A stretch of DNA of 63,794 nt, counting the filler, from Aduncisulcus paluster (Eukaryota), in the NCBI GenBank assembly GCA_024181965.1. It is 11 parts of 11 records of this genome, joined end to end, with 100 filler letters (N's around TTAATTAATTAA, not from the genome) between each part and the next. Parts side by side here need not be neighbours in the genome. Positions count along the whole stretch, not along the records: positions 57,397 to 61,264 come from BQXS01011522.1; positions 61,365 to 63,794 come from BQXS01011523.1; 9 more parts are not named here. One strand, 5' to 3'. Below the pieces are notes generated by a model, which searched no databases, was not told the DNA's origin, and saw only the letters and a list, made by a program, of their open reading frames with translations. Below, piece after piece: positions 58,297-63,794 of the stretch; the stretch's first letter is position 1; each line of letters begins with the position of its first letter. The translations under genes and the position numbers were made by a program.

Positions 58297-61264
58297 ATGA
58301 GCATGAAAATGAAAAAGAACAGAATATCTGTGTATGCCAGAATCAGACCTCTACTTTCAATCGATGAATCTCGGCAGATTGGAATTGAAACAACATCGAG
58401 TTCCTCTCTGATTGCCGGAGATTCGGCATGGAACTTTACCAATTGTTTTGGAAAAGATGCCTCAAATCAAACAATATTTCAGAACTTCATCCCGATGCTT
58501 GATCAACTCTTCAGTGGTATCAATGGTAGTGTTCTTGCATTTGGAGGGACAGGAAGTGGTAAAACAACCACTATTTGTGGATTTGACGATGGTCATGGTA
58601 ACATAACAACTCCTGGAATTATCCCCCTTTCGATAAAATATCTATTCGATCGTCAGAAGCTATTCAAACGGTGCTTATTCTCAGTATCTTTGTTTGAAAT
58701 ATATAATGAAGGTATATTTGACTTGCTGAATGATCGATCTAGCCTGTCAATACATAGTGTCACGTCTGAAAATGGGAATTCTTATGAGAAGATTTCTGGA
58801 TTAACCAATGTTCAGGTCTCTTCTCTTGAACCTGCCATGGAGTTATTTTTGAATGGTATTCAAAGGAAAAGTATGGGGGTTTCTATCGTTCATTCCCATA
58901 GCTCTCGAGCTCACACTATCTTCCGAATCAGGGTCGTAACGCAAGGTGAACACGGTCTGTCAATTGGGGAATTGGATATTTGTGACCTCTGTGGTAGTGA
59001 ACAGCTCATTGATGGTGCTGATTCAGAACAATCTCTTCAGACAAAATCCATTAATACATCCTTGCTCGCCTTATCTCGTGTGATTAGTTCCTTGGCTACC
59101 CGCTCTGCAGATCCTTCATCCAAGGAATACATTCCATACAGAGATAGTTGTCTTACACGTGCTCTAAGGAACACAATCGGAGGACAGTCAAACACTTGTA
59201 TTGTTCTAAACATTGCTCCTGCACTCGCTTCCTTACATATCAGCTTAAAGGCTCTTCATTTCGGTCAAACAGCAATGAAAGTGAAGCTTATGATCAAAGC
59301 TAATAGCATAAACTGGAAGAAAGAGAAAGAAATTACAAAAAAGAGTGATCAGGAAGATCTCTCAGAAAACGTTCAAAAACTCCGTCAGAGTATTGTAAGT
59401 GTTCGTTCTGGTAAAGATCTCACTGAAGGCAAAGTGGGATCATTTGTCGATGAAGGTTTGTTTCTCCTTGATGCCATGATATCCGGATCATACACTCCCC
59501 TTCGTGAGAGTACCTCTTGTTCCTCATCGGATAAAGGAGAGATATCATCTATCTGTTCCGTTGGGAAATACACGATTGTATATCGAGACGTGTATATTTT
59601 CGGACATCGGATCCGTATCACTGAGATTGGTAATCCTGCTTCAACTCCATTCTTTTCCGTGCATGGAACGTATTTCTTCCACGATGCTATCGATTTCTTC
59701 CCCTTTATTCCGGCAATCCTTCAGTGTGGATATAAATATATCGGTATTGATATGCCTGGTTTCGGTGGAAGTCCAGGACCTCGGCAATCTCTTCGAACTG
59801 AGGACTTTCTGAGTAGTGAGCTTCTCTCACACGTTAAGAAGACAAGATCATTGCCCCCAAATACCTTTTCCACTCCCTCTCACTCTTCCAATAATCAACA
59901 GACTGGTGGAAGGAGATGGAAAGGAAAGACGACGAAAACATCACACCATTCACTGACCTCTTCGGAATTAGGGTCACCGAGTGATATCGTATATGCTGCT
60001 CTGCGGTTGTATGGTGCTACAACTTCTCATCGAGCAATCATCCTTTCCCATGAGATGGGGGCTTCCATATGCATGCGTCTTTGCTGTGAACCCTGTCTTG
60101 GGAAGGTGGTTGGAACATTGTTCTGTCTCAACCCTGTGTGGACATGTGATAAAGCTCTTTTGAAACAAGGGAAGTGGACCAAATTCTCCAAGATTGTGAA
60201 ACGAATACAAGGAAAGCTCCCTTCTTTATCTAACCCATCAAGCTCAAGTAATTCCCCCAAGAAATCATTGTCTTCAACCAAAGTTGCTCTTGTGTACAAC
60301 TCAGCTGACATGTACTGCTCGCTTCCACTATGCAAGGCTATTGGAACCTCATGTGATGGGACAGGCATAGCTCTGAGAGTGAAAGGATTGCCGGAAAATG
60401 GAAGAGTATGGAGAGATATTTGTGTAAGTATCTGTTCCCTGATTTGTTCTTCCATACATCATTATAATCTCGTGGAATCATCCTCTCCCCATTCGAATCC
60501 TCCTTTAAAATTAACTGAGGAAGAGAGGAAGCGAGGAGAGGAAGAAGAGGAAGCTAAAAAAGAAGAAGAAGAGAGAAAGAGGAGAGAGAAGGAAGAGGAA
60601 GAGGCGGAAAGAGTGGATGCATTTGATCCTAAGGATATTGACAAATTATTTCAGCAGGCAATGTCGATGCAAATCTCATTTGGATGTGAAAATTCTGTCA
60701 TGTCCCCACAAGAATCCAAGAAGTTGAGTGATGAAGATAAGGTTTTCCTCATCATTCGTGAAGAAAAGAAAAAGTTTGCTCCTCTGATGGATTCCAAAAA
60801 TCCTTCTATTCGGATGAAAATGATGTATTCTGTGAGTATCTTGAAAAGAATAATTTCCAGCAAACTCCTCGATTTCTCCTTGAGTGCTTTATCATCCCAT
60901 CCCTTGAGATCTGTTCTTTTGCCCATATTATCTTCTTTACCTATTCTTCCTGCTCCTCTCGAAGTTCTGTCAGCTGTGGGACTGATTGATGCTCATTTGG
61001 AAGAAGAACAAGATAATGAGGCTTTCCTTGAAGCAAAATGTCACAAACATGCTATAGATCCCTTGAAGGCTCTTGAAGCTGCTTTGGGGGCTCCAATTGA
61101 GTCTAAAGGGTCTTCTTCTTCTTCTTCTTCTTCTACCTCTGCTCTTCTTCACCTCCCAGGGTACTTCATTGGCCGTCGTGTCCTTGCCAATCTTCCAGTT
61201 CTCTGCAATGTTCCCCACACTCCTTCGTGTGCCTGGTTAACCTTGCCCATGAAAGGCGAGAGTT
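58297..61264 (+). CDS. Kinesin motor protein fused to an alpha/beta-hydrolase-like domain (3'-truncated)
   Basis: VYARIRP, GGTGSGKT, EIYNE, SSRAH, DLCGSE, INTSLLAL and IPYRDS.LT; then SVHG...GYKYIGIDMPGFGGS...ILSHEMGASI. Confidence 0.85.
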
Positions 61265-61364
61265 NNNNNNNNNNNNNNNNNNNNNNNNNNNNNNNNNNNN
61301 NNNNNNNNTTAATTAATTAANNNNNNNNNNNNNNNNNNNNNNNNNNNNNNNNNNNNNNNNNNNN

Positions 61365-62234
61365 AATGGAAATGCGTATTCAGGATGTGGATGTATTGCA
61401 GAAGCCTTTCTTGATGACCCTCACTTAATTCATCTTGCTGTTGGAGTTGCTTGTCCCCATGAAAGATCTATCACAAACGATGAAATAATTGCTGAAATTG
61501 AACAGGGCAAATCAAAATCGGCTTCGGATAAACAACGCAAGAAACTACTTTCCCTTCGAGATCAGCGTGTTTATTCAATGGTTGGTGGGACAGTTGGAGT
61601 GTATGCTGAGCGTGGAATGGCATTTACTGCCTGTATTCATCAACCTCATTCCCATCCTGCGACTTCTTCTCAGTTAAAGGACACCTCCAAGGAATCACAT
61701 GATTCTCTAGAGGATATTCCCTTGTTATCTTCACAAAGCATTTCTTCCGAACATATCCCCAAAGAGGTTGATGGATGTATTGCATTTGATGTATCTTCCT
61801 TACGTGAAATTGCAGAGAAAAGCACAATGAACATTGCATCCACATTTGCTCTTCTTCAAAAACTTGGTCTTGGATGTGGAATCCGAGCTCTGAAATATGA
61901 AGCCAGAATGAAAGTAATTAAAAATACATTCATGGGTGAAGGTTCTGAAGGAAGTTGGTTTTATATTTTCCAACTGGGGGCAAGACTTAGGGCACGGGGA
62001 AAGGGAGTAGGAAGTTGTCTCATGAGATCAGTATTGAACCTGGCCGATAATATTGGTCTTCCAATTGCTTTAGAAACACAAAAGGCACGAAATGTTAAAA
62101 TGTATGAAAGATATGGTTTCAGAACTGTTCTAAAAGAAAAAACATTCGCTGGAGAGGGAGTAATGAATTGGTTTATGATTCGACCCATCAATGGAATATG
62201 GGATCACGAGAAACAAGAAGAAATCTCCCCCTAG
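61365..62234 (+). CDS. GNAT-family N-acetyltransferase (5'-truncated)
   Basis: In-frame AEAFLDDP upstream of the called ORF; WFYIFQLG, RARGKGVGSCLM (motif A) and LETQ..RNVKMYERYGF. Confidence 0.85.
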   Translation, partial: NGNAYSGCGCIAEAFLDDPHLIHLAVGVACPHERSITNDEIIAEIEQGKSKSASDKQRKKLLSLRDQRVYSMVGGTVGVYAERGMAFTACIHQPHSHPATSSQLKDTSKESHDSLEDIPLLSSQSISSEHIPKEVDGCIAFDVSSLREIAEKSTMNIASTFALLQKLGLGCGIRALKYEARMKVIKNTFMGEGSEGSWFYIFQLGARLRARGKGVGSCLMRSVLNLADNIGLPIALETQKARNVKMYERYGFRTVLKEKTFAGEGVMNWFMIRPINGIWDHEKQEEISP

Positions 62235-62804
62235 ATTCATCGAACAATATCTAGAAGTATACACTGTTTTGTTTAGTAAACAATTCATTGTAAATTGTAC
62301 AAAATAAATTCCATATAATTTCAAAAAATTCACTTATTGGGTGATCTGATCACTGATCAGAAGTTCTGAACGATTGATTTATCAAGACAGAATGAAGGTT
62401 TATCTTGGAGAAAACTAACAAGTCACTTGTTTAACAAGTTGATACAAGTAAGAACCTCCTCTGAAATGACTTCAACTTGAAGTTCAAGGCTTGAAGTGAA
62501 ATTCAAGCCAAGCATACAAATTTGCTCATTTACTAGTAGATCCAAAAAGCCACTGACATATAACTAATATCATTGTCAAATCAATATAATAGAAATTGAG
62601 CCTAATAGCTAAGAAATATAATAGAAGCTATCGAAGGACAATAAAAATAATTCAAAATAAAAGAAGAAACAAATCCTAAAGGCAACTAAAATGTAAACTT
62701 AAGATCGCCAAATGATGATGAATAGAAACGTTTCAAAAAAAATTAAAAGTACACAATTTCAATAATCGAAACATAAAAAATAAAAAACTAAAATGTTCGA
62801 AATA

Positions 62805-63794
62805 TCACATAGAATCGGAATCACCAAAATCAGCAGTGATATCAATTTCTTGATCCTGAACAGTCACGACATCAGGGAGGAACAATACCCTTCCCTTTGG
62901 AACTGTTGGATCAATTCCGTATTCGTCATCGTCATCGATATCAATGCTGAATTCTTGAGCGCTTCCTGGAATTTGATGAGGAGCAGGAGAGTTATTCTCT
63001 TCGTAGGCAACACTTCCATCCCAAAGACTATCCTCACCAGTGTAAGAATACTCTTCCATCTCCTCACAGTCTTCCTCTTCAACCTCTTCCTCATCAATAT
63101 TGACTCTTGATGGGGCACACAGAGCAAGATGGGTGTTCTTGAAATCAAAGAAAGGAATCTCCAATGGTTTTCCCTTAATCACCCAGAGAGGAACGTAATA
63201 CAAGAAGTATATAATCAAAAGGAGTGCAACTCCAGCAATAATAAAGTAATAGATAGGAAGATTTTCAACATAGAACTTGTAAATAATCTGCATTTCACTA
63301 GTTACACCTTCGGATGTGGCCAAAATGGTCATAGTAGTCTCATATTCCTTCTTATATCCAGTAACTTCATACGATAAGTTGTTCAAGAAAGCCTTAACTT
63401 GGTCAATATTCTCAAAAGTACCGCTAGTAACAGTGTCTTGTCCAACTGTGGAATTACCTTGAATGAGTTTGATTGTTCCAAGATTTTCATTTTGAGCAGT
63501 GGGGAAAGGAATCTCAAGGTCCATCTCGTCATACGATCCCCACAAATCACTGTTAACAGTCAGAGTACCCTTATCTCCCATGTTCATGGTCATCATGTCA
63601 ATTGAGAAACTACTTTCAGCTCTATAAGTAGGGTCAAGGTAACTATCAAGAGATTCTTCGTCCATTTCAGAGAATTTCTCAATGGCATCTTCATAAGAAA
63701 TACCTCCAACGTACCCGTAAACAATAATATTCACCTCAGCAGTAAGACCATAATTGACAAACAGATCTTCCAGAGGGAAAGTAAGTCCTAAACC
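62805..63794 (-). CDS. Type I membrane protein, acidic (5'-truncated)
   Basis: TM segment IYYFIIAGVALLLIIYFLYYV with an acidic C-terminal tail. Confidence 0.6.
   Translation of the reverse strand, partial: GLGLTFPLEDLFVNYGLTAEVNIIVYGYVGGISYEDAIEKFSEMDEESLDSYLDPTYRAESSFSIDMMTMNMGDKGTLTVNSDLWGSYDEMDLEIPFPTAQNENLGTIKLIQGNSTVGQDTVTSGTFENIDQVKAFLNNLSYEVTGYKKEYETTMTILATSEGVTSEMQIIYKFYVENLPIYYFIIAGVALLLIIYFLYYVPLWVIKGKPLEIPFFDFKNTHLALCAPSRVNIDEEEVEEEDCEEMEEYSYTGEDSLWDGSVAYEENNSPAPHQIPGSAQEFSIDIDDDDEYGIDPTVPKGRVLFLPDVVTVQDQEIDITADFGDSDSM

Noticed and set aside
13392-61364. Regularly recurring palindrome TTAATTAATTAA
   Set aside because: Always embedded in N44 flanks, so it is a synthetic contig linker. 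Gene adjacency across it has no biological meaning.
1385-62234. Hexamitid-type TAA/TAG=Gln recoding
   Set aside because: Conserved genes end at TAA or TAG at the expected positions and contain no in-frame TAR codons.

Overview
AT-rich, gene-dense DNA from an anaerobic unicellular eukaryote using the standard genetic code. It is most likely a free-living fornicate (Carpediemonas-like) metamonad such as Aduncisulcus. That assignment is inferred from gene content, rare GT-AG introns, poly-Ser/EEERKRR low-complexity tracts and lineage-expanded families. The window is not one chromosome segment: it is about 11 contigs joined by artificial 100-nt N44-TTAATTAATTAA-N44 linkers, plus five 20-N gaps flanked by duplicated overlaps. 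Housekeeping genes include gamma-tubulin, RNF10, RRP15, PHF5A, NOP58, CCDC86/Cgr1, CK2-beta, RPL10, fibrillarin, pescadillo, an IGHMBP2-like helicase, dynamin, Rav1/DMXL and tRNA-Gly(TCC). The most interesting items are: (1) a pyruvate formate-lyase gene immediately followed, on the same contig and strand, by an AmmeMemoRadiSam (AmrS)-family radical SAM enzyme rather than a canonical PflA activase; (2) a Fanzor/TnpB-like RuvC fragment; (3) a kinesin fused to an alpha/beta-hydrolase fold; (4) a hidden first exon that gives glycine-cleavage P2 an organelle-targeting presequence; (5) a U14-like C/D snoRNA between RPL10 and fibrillarin; (6) a bacterial AnsA-type asparaginase carrying a signal peptide.
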